Shown here: piece by piece, positions 13,060 to 24,966 of the stretch
How the letters are laid out: each line of letters begins with the position of its first letter
Position numbering within the stretch: the first letter of the stretch is position 1
Assembly (NCBI RefSeq): GCF_006345805.1
Contig: NC_043016.1
Coordinates: 27,714,001-27,778,000, forward strand
Direction: 5' to 3'
From: Octopus sinensis
Lineage: Eukaryota
Length of the DNA stretch: 64,000 bases
Made by a program: the position numbers and the translations under genes
Notes under the pieces: model-generated
Seen by the model: the letters and a program-made list of their open reading frames with translations, nothing else
Databases searched by the model: none
Told to the model about the DNA's origin: nothing

Positions 13060-13319
13060 GTTTCTGCCAGCATGGTAACGTTTCTGCCAGCTCGCCGCTG
13101 GCAGAAACGTTAGCATGCCGGGCGAAATGCTTAGCGGTATTTCATCTGCCGTTACATTCTGAGTTCAAATTCCGCTGAGTTTGACTTTGCCTTTCATCCT
13201 TTTGGGGTCAATAAATTAAGTACCAGTTACGCACTGGGGTTGATGTAATCGACTTAATCCCTTTGTCTCTCCTTGTTTGTCCCCTCTATGTTTAGCCCCT
13301 TGTGGACAATAAAGAAATA
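13060..13319 (+). mobile_element. SINE family B with inverted-duplicated 5' head
   Basis: Family B body 13097-13319; TSD AGAAGCTTTC at 13050-13059 and 13320-13329. Confidence 0.85.
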
Positions 13320-14101
13320 AGAAGCTTTCTTTATTTCCCTTTTCTTTCACTTTCGTTCATTTTCTACTTCTATATTGTATTACACATATATAGTGAGGGA
13401 ATTTGCTTGATGGAAAATGACTGTCAGATATATACATATATTTATATTCATATTTTATATATGTGTGATGGATGATGTAGCGTTGGTTATTGTAACTGGC
13501 ATGGATTATGAAACAGCTGTCAAATAATGGAATAAACAGCTATTCTCTCACTTCACTTATTTGGTCAATTTATATATATATATATACTTTACATCATTGT
13601 GATTCCTGAATTTTCAGAAGAATGCGGAGGTTACATCCAAGCCTTAACTGTAGTCTTTCCTGATAGCCACACACCAGGCAGAGAGCTTAATGTGAGTTTT
13701 GTTTGATTCTTTGAAACCCTGTTCCATTGGTGGTGTGTGTATTGGGGAGAAGTGACTGTTTGTGTGCATGTGTGTGTATGTATATGTGTAGTGTGTGTAC
13801 ACATGTGTGTGTGTGTGTGTGTGTGTATGTACATATATGTATGTTTGTATTGCTGTTTACATTTGTGCTCACTTGAAAGTTACAACCTACAAGCAGTGAT
13901 ATTCCTGTGCTTCTTACCTCTCAGCAAATCATCTGCTTTGCACCTTTGATGCTATGAGCAATAATGGATGCCTTATTTGAAAAACAGGTAAGCATTAGCA
14001 TCAGGAAAAGGCATCCAGCAGTAAGACCATGTCTTAAGACCAGAAGGGTGTTGGTAGAAACTCCATACATTGTACCCAGTGCAAGCTTCGGACACATATG
14101 A

Positions 14102-14305
14102 GGTGGTGGTGGTGGTGGTGGTGGTGGTGGTGGTGGTGGCGGCGGCGGCAGCGGTGGCGGTGGTGGTGGTGGAGAGGAGGAGGGGAGAAGAAGAAGAAGA
14201 AAGAAGAAGAAGAAGAAGAAGAAGAAGAAGAGAAGAAGAAGAGAAGAAGAAGAAGAAGAGAAGAAAGAAGAAGAAGAAGAAGAAGAAGAAGAGAAGAAGG
14301 AGGAG
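14102..14305 (+). repeat. Compound (GGT)n(GGC)n(GAA)n purine-rich microsatellite
   Basis: Direct reading; source of the poly-V/E/K/W ORFs. Confidence 0.95.
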
Positions 14306-14307
14306 TG

Positions 14308-14588
14308 TAAGATTTTGTGGGACTATTCAAATGGACAAGACTTTAGAAAATAATAGACCAGACATAACAGTTATAGATAAAGAAAAGCGAAGTTGCTTAC
14401 TAACTGATCCATTATGCTCATTTGATTCCGGGATGGTAAAGAAAGAGGACAAAAAACAAAAATAAAAAAATGCAATCCCTTAAAATTTGAAACAAGAAGA
14501 ATTTGGGAGTATGAGAACTGTAAAGGTTATGCCTGTGGTTCCTGGTGCATTGGGAACTGTAAGCAAAGATAGAGACAAATGGCTGAAG
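14308..14588 (+). mobile_element. R4/Dong-type non-LTR retrotransposon REL-endonuclease fragment
   Basis: TIQMDKTLENNRPDITVIDKEKRSCLLTDPLCSFD...KVMPVVPGALGTVSK (PD..D and GALG motifs). Confidence 0.85.
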
Positions 14589-15376
14589 CAGGCTTGCTAA
14601 ACCTGGTACTTTTGTAGCGTACGCTTAGTGAAATTCTCTCTCTCTGTTATATATACATGAATCCGGATGTAGTAGATAACAGCTAACCTTTGGCCACCCT
14701 TTTGGAGCCTGTTGTGTCCACTACTCTGATTGGTTGGTATTGGCGCACTGGTATTTGGTACTTTTTGAGTGCAGTAATACTTTTGGTATTGCCCTGCAAT
14801 AATTTGGTATATTTTCAAATTTTCAAACTTTATGTAAAAAAAATAAGTTTACAGCATATCTGAGTAAACACTGTAACAATAAATACATTATATTATTATT
14901 AGATTAACTATTTTATATCAAAATATATTTTGACACATTTTATAACAAGGCAGTTTATATATAGCTAATTGGTAGCTAGTTGGTATAGAACGTGTTCAAT
15001 ACGTGTATCATATGTACCATCCAATATCACCGGGTTGCCACCTCTAATGCCAGTCAGTAGCATGTTTTATACATAAGTGACAAGTGCTTCCTTATTATCT
15101 CATCAAACTTTTATCAGTTATGAGTGATTTATAACCCTCATGATGAGCAAGAATGCAAAAGATAAAAGCAGTGATGAAATTGACTTTGGTTTAACTCCAC
15201 CAAAGGAAAGAATTAAACAATAAAATCATAAATTATCAAACAAACTTTTATTGGATTCTCAGTTAGAACCAAGTAAAACAAATATCAAAAGAGCATACTG
15301 TAAATTTTGTCATGAAATTCTAGGCAGTGTAACTCGTCTGGAGAGGCATGGAAAAATGGATAAACATATTAAAAAT

Positions 15377-15707
15377 TGAGATGTACTTGCATAGCAAGTG
15401 ACTTGATCTGAGATCTTGTGCTGGAACAAAAACAATTGCAGCATGGAAGGTGTTTATAAGCCATTAAGAAACACACAAAATCCGTTAGATTCACTTCAAC
15501 ATTTAAATTGAATTTGTCAAAATATTTTCGTCGATTGAGACCGCGACCTGTACACTGACAAAATTCCATGCTGCACGAATTTTGTCAGTGAACAGGTCGC
15601 GGTCTCAAATCGACGAAAATATTTTGACAAATTAAATTAAATGTTGAAGTGAATCTAATGGATTTTGTGTGTTTCTTAAATGGCTTATAAACACCTTCCA
15701 TGCTGCA
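15377..15707. mobile_element. Palindromic Penelope-like derivative, copy 2, inserted into the hAT transposase
   Basis: Inverted arms centred near 15571. 11-bp TSD ATATTAAAAAT at 15366-15376 and 15708-15718; removing the insert restores KHIKN|VNSK. Confidence 0.85.
15581..15631 (+). ncRNA. Candidate minimal type I hammerhead ribozyme, G3:C8 core variant
   Basis: Stem I TTTGTCA/TGACAAA; core GTGAACA at 15588-15594; one extra G; stem II GTCG/CGAC; GAAA at 15615-15618; palindromic AAAATATTTT stem III. Folded by eye. Confidence 0.6.
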
Positions 15708-16530
15708 ATATTAAAAATGTTAATTCAAAAATAAAAGTGGAAAACTGACCGGCATTTTGCAGCCTACAACTTCTGTTCATATTATAAACATAACCTCTGC
15801 AGAGTTTAAGCTTTGTTCCTTCATTGCAGAACATAACTTACCAGTGAGACTAATTTACCTGGACTAATTCAGAATGCACATCCTGATTCAAAATAGTTAA
15901 AGATATTAAATGTGCAAGAACCAAAGCTACTCAAATATATAAAAATGTTTTAGGCCCTTATTTCTTTGAAAACCTCATTAAACAGTTAAAAGAGTGCAAG
16001 TTTTTATTAATTGTTGATGAAACTACTGATGTAAGTACAAAAAAAAAACCAGTTTGTTCTGTCAGCTAGATTTTATGATTGTAGCGCTCAAAAACTTATT
16101 GATAGTTATTTCTTTTGGAAGCGAATGATTGCTCTGCTAATGGAATTTTTTCCTCTATTGAAAGATTCTTCACCTTACATGATCTTCCTTTTGAAAATTT
16201 GATAGGATTTGCCAGTGACAATGCTAGTGTAATGATGGGGCAGAAGGGAGGTATGCAGGCATTACTGAAGAACAAAGTTCCCTCTCTCTTTATTCAGGTT
16301 TATGTCTGTCACTCTATACACATCTGTGCATCAAAGGCATGTTCAGGGTTACCTTCATATTTATAAGAACTTGCTAGAAGCATATATTCATTCATTTCAA
16401 ATAGCCCATAGAGACTGCAGGAATATGAAGAATTTCAGGCATTTACTCAAACAAATCCTCATAAATTATTACATGTAAGATGTACAAGGTGGCTATCTTG
16501 ATAAACAATAACATTGATAAACAATTGATA

Positions 16531-16539
16531 ATAATAATA

Positions 16540-16589
<50 letters not shown>

Positions 16590-16590
16590 T
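16531..16590 (+). repeat. (AAT)n microsatellite
   Basis: Direct reading. Confidence 0.95.
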
Positions 16591-16801
16591 AATTGATAAA
16601 TAATAATTGGTGCAAATAATAACATAATAATTAGTAATAAATTATTAATAAATAATAATTGGTGCAAATAAATTGTTGTTCATCAATGTTATCTTCGGTT
16701 TCTGTTTCCTTTAAATTTTCATATATATACATATACACGTGCATGTGTGTGTGTGATCATCATCATCATCATCATCATCATCACATCAACATATAACATC
16801 G

Positions 16802-16832
<31 letters not shown>

Positions 16833-17899
16833 ATTATATTATATATATAATGATAAATCTCAGAGCGACTTATATGCGTCACGATATATATAGACAGACA
16901 AACAGACAGAGATAGGTAAGTAGATCGGTATGTATGTATGTATCCTTTTATTTCTGTTTGCCCCATTCCAGCATAGGTAGGGTGGTTAGATAGGATCCAA
17001 CAGGTTGGAAGACCACATCTTGCTCCAATGTCCCATTTTTGGCATAGATGCTAAAGCTAAATGCTCTCCACAATACCAACCACTTTACAGATCATACTGA
17101 GTGCGTGTTCTCATGGCACCAGCATTGCTTACCATTCACTCGACATCAGTGAGACAAAAGAGCCCTCTCAAATACAAATTGTAGCAAGTGCTTCTTTTGT
17201 TGTACCAGCACAGTTGGGGGTAACTTTGCAGCTTGTAAAGTGGAAGAGAGCCTACCATGATGGAAAGGAACAGATTTATTGTGGATGTTATTGATGGTAA
17301 TGGAGAGAATACCAGAGGAAACAGTTATGACTAGAAGTAAAGAAGGGAAGGAGAGAGGAAAAGTAAAAGTAATATCAGGGATAAGTATGAAGCAAAAGGG
17401 GTCAAGTTGATAATGATTATGGGGTGGATAAAGTAAGTAGACCAAGCATTTGGATAGGTTAGTCCATTTGTTCTACCAAGTGGTTTGGATGATCCATCAG
17501 TTGTTGTCGGTAGTTACACAGGTTTAATTTTGAGAGAGGATGATAAGAAAGAGACTAACAGAGGGAATGGAATAACAGGAGGAAAAGTAAAAAGTAGCGG
17601 TAGGGAGATTTAGAGTTGTAGGATGGTGAGAAGAACTGAAATAGGAAGTGGTGCATTGCTACCACACCTTATATATGGGTGAAGAAATTGGTACATCAAG
17701 GATAAAATAAGATGGAAGTGGGTGTAATAGGAATGAAAAAGGAAAAGTAACGTCAGGAGATTAGTGAAACAGTGTATCATAAGGGTAGTGAGATGGAAAT
17801 ATGAGTAGGAGGAGATGCTATGTTACTCTACATTATGTGGATGGATAGAACAGAAATCAGAGAAGGTAAGATGAAAAGCATTTAGTACTTGCTTATGCA

Positions 17900-19703
17900 G
17901 ATGTCACCTTCAATTCGTGTTACATGCCTATATTAAGACTGTCTCATCTCTTGCACACTACATCTGATACCTCTTACACCTATTTTATCTCATAGTTCGT
18001 TTATAATTCATCATTCATGCACACTAACATAGCACATCCAGTGATGCATCATCTCATTTCTTCCAAACTTTTGTATGTCTCCTAAAGGAGAGGAAGGGAA
18101 AGCTGGTATCAGGAGGATAGTGTTAGAGTATTAGAATGGTAACAGCAACAAGGAAGGAGAAAGGGGTTGAGCAGGAGAAGATGCAGTGTTACTCCATGTT
18201 ATATTTCATTGGGTACATTGTGGTGGAGGATATGTAGATGAGATAGTGATGAGTAGTTAGGACATGTCCTCAAGGTAACGTATCCAAAAGAGCATAATAA
18301 CAGAAGAAACAGGAAGAGCAAGTAAAGGTTACCAGGATGCAATCTCCCTTATGCAAGCATCATAATTCCTGAGAAAGGAAGGGTAGTAGGATATAGGTAG
18401 TGGAGATATGGAGAAGGGATGCATTCAGTATGTACAAATTGAGTAAATTCCTCTCAGTTATGGGTGTCACAGCATGGTGAGTAGAAGAGATAATGGAGAA
18501 ATGGGGAGAGTACAGATTAGATGGTAAGAGGCTGTAAGAGTATAGAATGAGCAATAGAGGGAGATATACAAAGGAAGGCAGTATGCATTAAGCTTGCATG
18601 AAATGTCAGGTCTTATGCAGTATACCACCAGTTGGTATAGTCTGCAGTCATCTCCTTTTTCATCAGTTCTCATACCAAGTTTTCTTCCTCCCACAGGTAC
18701 TATTCACTTGGAGCACTTGCTACTTGTTTATGTGGCTGTCACCTTCCATTTGCATCACATACCAACACCAGTGTTGTCTCATCTCTTGCACACTACATCT
18801 GATCTGTCTTATACCTAGTTTATCCTTCATGCACACTAACACATCACATCCAGTGAAGTATCCTCATCTCATTTCTTCAAAACTTTTGTAGCTCTTTCCA
18901 CTGTAAAAGTCCATGTTTTGCTGTCCCACAACAGTGCAGTTTGCACACAATAGAAAGATGGTAAACTTCACACACTGTCTTTGATCTTGAGGGATAGGGT
19001 CTTTCTTGCCAGTAGATTTAATAACTCCCTGAACTTACTCCAGCTTGTTCTTATTCTGGCTACCACTTCCAGAGCATCCATTCCTACTGCTAGCTTCGTC
19101 ACCTAGGTCAATCACTTTCAGGCATTTAAGAGAATCTGTTTCCCTCTCAGTGCTTACTGTCCCAGTGTATCTGCTGAATATAAAATCTACCATCTCTGAA
19201 AACTTACTTGTGATCCTACTATACTTCTTATGTGTCTTTTGATTACACTGGGAATACAGAATTTTTACCAACATTTTCTCTGAAGGCAGAACATGGCCAT
19301 TTCACCGATGCTGCAAAGGTCCTATCTTCCTTCCTATATATCAAAGCTTTTGATTTAACTAAGTTTACTTTAAGACCTTTCAATTCCGGGTTTTGATTCC
19401 ATGTCTATAATTTCAGCTTCAATTCTTTTACAGATTCTGCTATGAGGGCTAGGTCATCAGCTTACAGGAGTTCCTAAGGGTAGCCAGTTTTAAATTCCTC
19501 TGATATGGCTTGGAGGACTATAATAAATAAGAGACAATTGAGAACTGGACCCTGAAGTATTTCTCTTGCTGTTGTCTCACAAGAGATATGGTATCAGGAA
19601 AAGTCAAACTACATCTTATCTAGACTAATCCTGATGCTAATCAGTTTTACAATAACCCTTTGTGACATTAATAACCTGGTTCAACACTTTAATGCCTTGA
19701 TAG

Positions 19704-19748
<45 letters not shown>

Positions 19749-19982
19749 ATGCATCACCTTTGCCCTTGAATCAATTTTTGATGATACTACTACAACATCA
19801 GTCATTTTGGTATGACATTTTCTTGTATTACTTGATTTTCTATTCAAATGACTATCCTCTACCATACTTTACCAGATATTTTATTTCAGCAACTATCCCT
19901 GATGACCCAGCTACTTTCCCAGCCAGCTTTTTTTTACCAACTGCTGTAAAAATAGATGACCAGTTCCTCTGTTGGGTATGTT

Positions 19983-20017
<35 letters not shown>

Positions 20018-20300
20018 ATTCATCAGCTTCTCATAGTCACACACTTCCATGCCTCTTTCTTATTAGCATCAGTAAGAGCAAGTGTGCCATTATCATTCTG
20101 TACACACTTCTCCCTGACATCTCAATTTTCTCTCACACACTGTCTAGCAACATATTGCAAAACACGTGGAAACTTCTTTTCTGCCTCTCACCTTGCTATG
20201 GATACCTGAAGTTTAGCGATTTACAGCAGTTTTTCTTCCTTTGATCCATCTCTTCTAGTTTTTTTCAAGCTTTCTTCTTTGTTGTTATAGGATTGTTAAC
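17900..20300 (-). mobile_element. Fragmented decayed RTE-like LINE (3' part, RT core and upstream part), interrupted by (CT)n
   Basis: Minus strand 19441-19552 reads QGPVLNCLLFIIVLQAISEEFKTGYP*ELL*ADDLALI. GIRCSVQE-type pieces near 17950 and 18780. Confidence 0.7.
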
Positions 20301-20509
20301 TGTATTGTTCCTCCTATGTTTGACTGGAACCTTGCACCAGCTGCAAATCTTGTCTGTAGCCTCTAGCAAAGTGTCCTGTAAGAACTGTCAATTTTGCTTT
20401 GTGTGTGTATGTATGTATGCATTTGTATCTATGTGATTGCTTATATTCTGTACTTTTTTCAAAAATCTCTGTGCAATGCATGATGTTGCCATTCCCTGCC
20501 AATTTTGAA

Positions 20510-20900
20510 GATGCATCATCGTTTAACGCCCGTTTTCTATGCTAGCATGGGTTGGGTGATTTGACTGAGGTCTGGCGAACCAGAAGGCTGCACCAGGCTC
20601 CATTCTGATCAGGCAGAGTTTCCACAGCTGGATGCCCTTCCTAACGCCAACCACTCCGAGAGTGTAGTGAGTGCTTTACGTGCCACCGGCACGAGGGCCA
20701 GTCAGGCGGTACTGGCAATTGCCACGCTCAAATGGTGCTTTTTATGTGCCACCTGCACAGGAGCCAGTCCAGTGGCACTGGCAACAACCTCGCTCGAATA
20801 TTTTTTCATGTGCCTCCAGCACAAGTGCCACTAAGGCAACACAGGTAACGATCACGTTTGAATGGTGCTTTTTACGTGCCACTGGCATGGAACCTGACAC
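20510..20900 (-). mobile_element. Family C element with internal tandem sub-repeats
   Basis: Three GGTGCTTTTTA(C/T)GTGCCAC-like units inside a family C body. Confidence 0.8.
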
Positions 20901-21690
20901 AAAGAGTAGGTAAGGATTAGAGGCAGGAAGAGCATCCTGCAATAAATAAAACAATGCTTCAAGAATTTGTATTTGTCTAATTCGTGCTAACATGGAAAAA
21001 CAAATGAATATATCAATGTTGTTTCAATCTCCATTTTTTTGCATATTTGCATGGGTCAGACAAAATTTGTTGAGGCAGATTTCCTACAGCTGAATGCCCT
21101 TGCTGTCGCCAACTCTCACTCATTTCCCAGCATGGTAATATTTCTCTATGATCAGGTATGTTTTCACAGAAAATTGAAAACAAAGGACACTACTTGTACA
21201 ACAGTAAGTCATTTACAACTATCATGTTAAGTCACAACAAAGATACACACACATCTGAATGTATATATATATATATATATAGTACAAAGTAAGATGGGGT
21301 TATGGATGTAACCCACTATGGGATATCAATTATCCAATATACTGTTGGTAAAGTACCCATATATATAATATGATATAATATATGTGAAAACTAATTTCTG
21401 TGTCACACTTAGATGCCCTCTCTCACTATTCAATGACAATCCTACTATTCCTCATGATGGAGTGAGAGTAAGAGTAGGCATAGAGACAGTGAGGCGGTGG
21501 TAAGACAGAGAGAAAGAAAGAAAAAGAGAGGGAAAGAGAGACAAAGAAATTTAGGAAGAGTTGATGATGTTTTATTAAAGTAGTAATGTTGATGGCAGCA
21601 GTGGGAGTAATGATGAAAGAGGGAGATGATGTACAACTTTGTTTAAATATCCTGTGGCCAACATACTGAATACCATCATTTTATGCTTTC

Positions 21691-21747
<57 letters not shown>

Positions 21748-21844
21748 TATATATAAAATACACTTAATTGAAATAAAGTTTCCCCAAAATAAAACATATC
21801 TAATATGATAAATGTGGATGTCAGTGTGTTTCACTATTTCAGCT

Positions 21845-22072
21845 TTTAATAATCCTTTCTACTGGAAGCACAAGACCTTAAATTTTGGGGGAAGGGATTA
21901 ATTAAATCGATTACATCAACCCCAGTACATAACTGGTATTAATTTTACCGACCCCGAAAGGATGAAAGGCAAAGTAAACTTCGGCGGAATTTGAATTCAG
22001 GACCTAATGGCAGACAAAATACCACTAAGCATTCCGCCCGGCATGCTAACAATTCTGCCAGCTCGCCACCTT
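21845..22072 (-). mobile_element. SINE family B
   Basis: Same head and central domain as 12155-12384. Confidence 0.8.
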
Positions 22073-22419
22073 AATATGATATAATATAATAAAGTGTGTC
22101 ACACAATTTCAACTTTACTCCTAGAGGCCGTAGCCCAACATATCATACCATTTTGAAATCAGGCTGACTCCATGAGTAAATTAAAACCATTCCTGGCTGA
22201 ATCCAGAAATTTTGGATTCCCAAGTTTTCATAACTATGATTGTCTGCAGCGATTTTTTTTACTTGACTTTGTGCAACAAATTTTTTTGTACAATAACAAT
22301 TTTTATAATCTAAAGGCTAACTCCATGAGAAGATTAAAAACATTCCAGGCTGAATCCAGACCTCCAATCCTGAGATTTGGGATTCCTATGTTTTCATTAC
22401 TACAATTGTTTACAGCAAT

Positions 22420-22505
22420 GTTTTGCGACAAATATGATCATCATTGGGATATGACTCTAGAGGAAGCAATTGCAACAAATTCTCTAAAACAGGTCAGAAA
22501 TCTGC
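22420..22505 (+). mobile_element. Possible Helitron RepHel coding fragment
   Basis: YDHHWDMTLEEAIATNSLKQVRNL resembles the RepHel EDD.HWD.TL.EA.....Q.R.LF segment. Confidence 0.5.
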
Positions 22506-22554
22506 CCCATTGGGCAACTTTTAAGCTAGTATATATATATATATATAGATAGAT

Positions 22555-22790
22555 AGATCATGTGACCAACCAGGCCATCAGATGTTGTTACACATCGCTG
22601 GTCACGATGCACTTCGCATTGTTTTTAGCCTTCAAATGATGCCACCACACTGGCTAAGCAAGCAAGCCAACAGAGGAAAGAGAGAAAGTTGTGGCGAAAG
22701 AGTACAGCAGGGATCGCCACCATCCCCTGCCAGAGTCTCATGGAGCTTTAGGTGTTTTCTTTCAATAAACACTCACAACACCCTAATGGT
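22555..22790 (-). mobile_element. tRNA-derived SINE fragment
   Basis: GAAAGTTGTGGCGAAAGAGTACAGCAGGG..CAATAAACACTCACAAC body, recognised as a SINE-type repeat. Confidence 0.6.
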
Positions 22791-24760
22791 AGCAGGGTCC
22801 TGTCTTCTTTCCTACTTACCAGCTTCTTAATCTTTACTGTTTACTTCGAAGCCTCTTGATTCCAGGCCCTATGACTAGAGTTTATGCTCTAATTCTAGTA
22901 TAGTTTCAGTTGTGATAAGCACACAGGAATTCTCAAGGACAGCTGGTCTTAAAACTTAGAAGTATATAATAAACAGAAGGCTGAAGGCAGAGACCAGATA
23001 GACAATTGCACAATAATATCACTTGTCACTTTACTAACTGCACATTTGTATCTGACTTGCAGGAATCATGTAAGTCATTCAATACTCATATTTTTTCCCC
23101 ATTTTAGGCAGTAGAAATTGTTTGTGAATTCCAAACAGGGATTTCAGTTCATCACATTTTTCATTTCCATTCTTCACAGGGAAGCAGGATCACTTGAGCC
23201 ATGTTTTCACCCCATCTGTTGAGAATTGGCAACATCATTGGAGCCAGTTGATGTCTACCAAGAGTTGTCTCCTCAAGACCACCAGCAACAGTAACTACCA
23301 AATTACAAAGTGTCACTCCTTGTCAAAAGACCTTTTCTAGGTTGACAAATGCTTACCACTGGCATAAACACACCTGCCTCCCTAAGAAGAGAGATTCAGT
23401 TTTACCCTACCTTGAAATAAACCTGAACAGCACCTCATCTAGGCCAATTCTTCTCTCAGTCAGTTCTGCTATAACTTGCTCAGTTTGATACCGTTGCAGT
23501 TCTTGCTCAGTAGTGCCATCACTTTTTATGATACAGTTACTACACCACTCATTGGGCATGATACATTCCTGTTACTACCAGATTAACAATATCAATGACT
23601 AAGTACATCAGCACTGTTAGATATTTCCTGCATGATCCGGTTGCTTCCCATATCTTCATTCTTTGATTGCATCTTCTTTACTGGGATGCATGGCCCCTTT
23701 TGCTCTCATGCATTCTCAGTATTCAGCAATGTCTCAGAATACCATTTCCATGCAGCTTTCCTTTGTAGAACCCCTTTTGCTTTCATGCATTCAGCAATGT
23801 CTCAGAATACCATTTCCATGCAGCTTTTTCCTCTACATGAGTAAGGGCAAGTGCACATCTACCACTGCAATTATATTTCTTCCTATTTTCTTTAGTAGTC
23901 TGTTCTGCAGAATACAAAGTTTCTACTTCTCCCTTAGTTAAATATATCTCACACCCACCCTTTCCTCTAGCTAGTTAGTATTGCTCTCTATTGTCCTGGT
24001 CCTTCCAGCAGTTTAGCTTTCATAACTATTTACAATAGTGTTTCCACCAGCGTGTTACCTTACATATAGCTGGGCTTTTGCACCAGCCACAGTCATGACC
24101 AGCAGTCCTCAGCAGTACATTGTCAAGATCATTATGGCATTGGTAAAAATGCTTTGCAGTCTCTTTTTTTTTTTTTTTTTTTTTTTTTGGCCTTGCTGAG
24201 TTAAAATCCCACCATGGTCAACATAATTTTTTGTTCTCTAAGGCGCAATGAAATAAAGTGCCAGTCAAGTACAGGAGTTGATGATTTCAACTAATCCCAT
24301 CTCCTTTCACAATTGCTAGCATTGTCCCTAACTCAGAAACCATTATAATTCTTTCTCCTCTGATCTCTTATAAGCAACAATTAGAATTTCTGAAAATGTA
24401 ACCATGGGCTCTTTTAAATTCCAAGTCTTCCTTTTCCAAATTGTCGTTTGTTTCTACATTGGTCAAGCTAAATTTTAAAGTTACAAATCACTAATCTATG
24501 TCGGTTAGTGGTGCATTCTTCACCTGGGAAACACTTGGTATTTACAATCAAACACTGATGATAAAAATTATTTGGCCTATACGTCCACTCAACTGGTCAC
24601 TGAACATGTGACTGACCAATTTCTGTGTTGTTGAGGCCATCTGCATCTAAGAACTTAAGAAGTCTTGGTCTCCTTGATTGTTAATACCTTTCAATAATAA
24701 CCACCACACAGTCCATATAAGCCATCATAGTGTTGCCCAACATGTTTATATGTACATACA

Positions 24761-24966
24761 TACTAGGAGGTGCTGAAAAGTAAAAGAAAATACAGGAGGA
24801 TTAGTTAATTATGATTTTATTCAACATATACCTTCTCTCAAATTCACGCACTTATTGCAGTGGTCCTTCAGCTTTTCTAAGTGCTGTAAAGGAACTTGGA
24901 AGGTCAGGCCTACATTCAGGCCTTTTGTGATAACCTTAAAGCCAAGAATTTTTCAGCACCCCTCAT
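24761..24966. mobile_element. Mariner-derived MITE
   Basis: TIRs TA(CT)AGGAGGTGCTGAAAAGT / AATTTTTCAGCACCCCTCATA. Confidence 0.7.

Larger units (their letters stand above)
14589..16510 (+). mobile_element. hAT-superfamily DNA transposon relic (left end plus decayed transposase)
   Basis: Starts CAGGCTTG with clustered TGGTA subterminal repeats. BED-like YCKFCHE..RHGKMDKH, then LIVDETTD, IGFASDNASVMMG..CHSIHICASKAC and TRWLS. Stops and frameshifts; truncated at (AAT)n. Confidence 0.88.
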
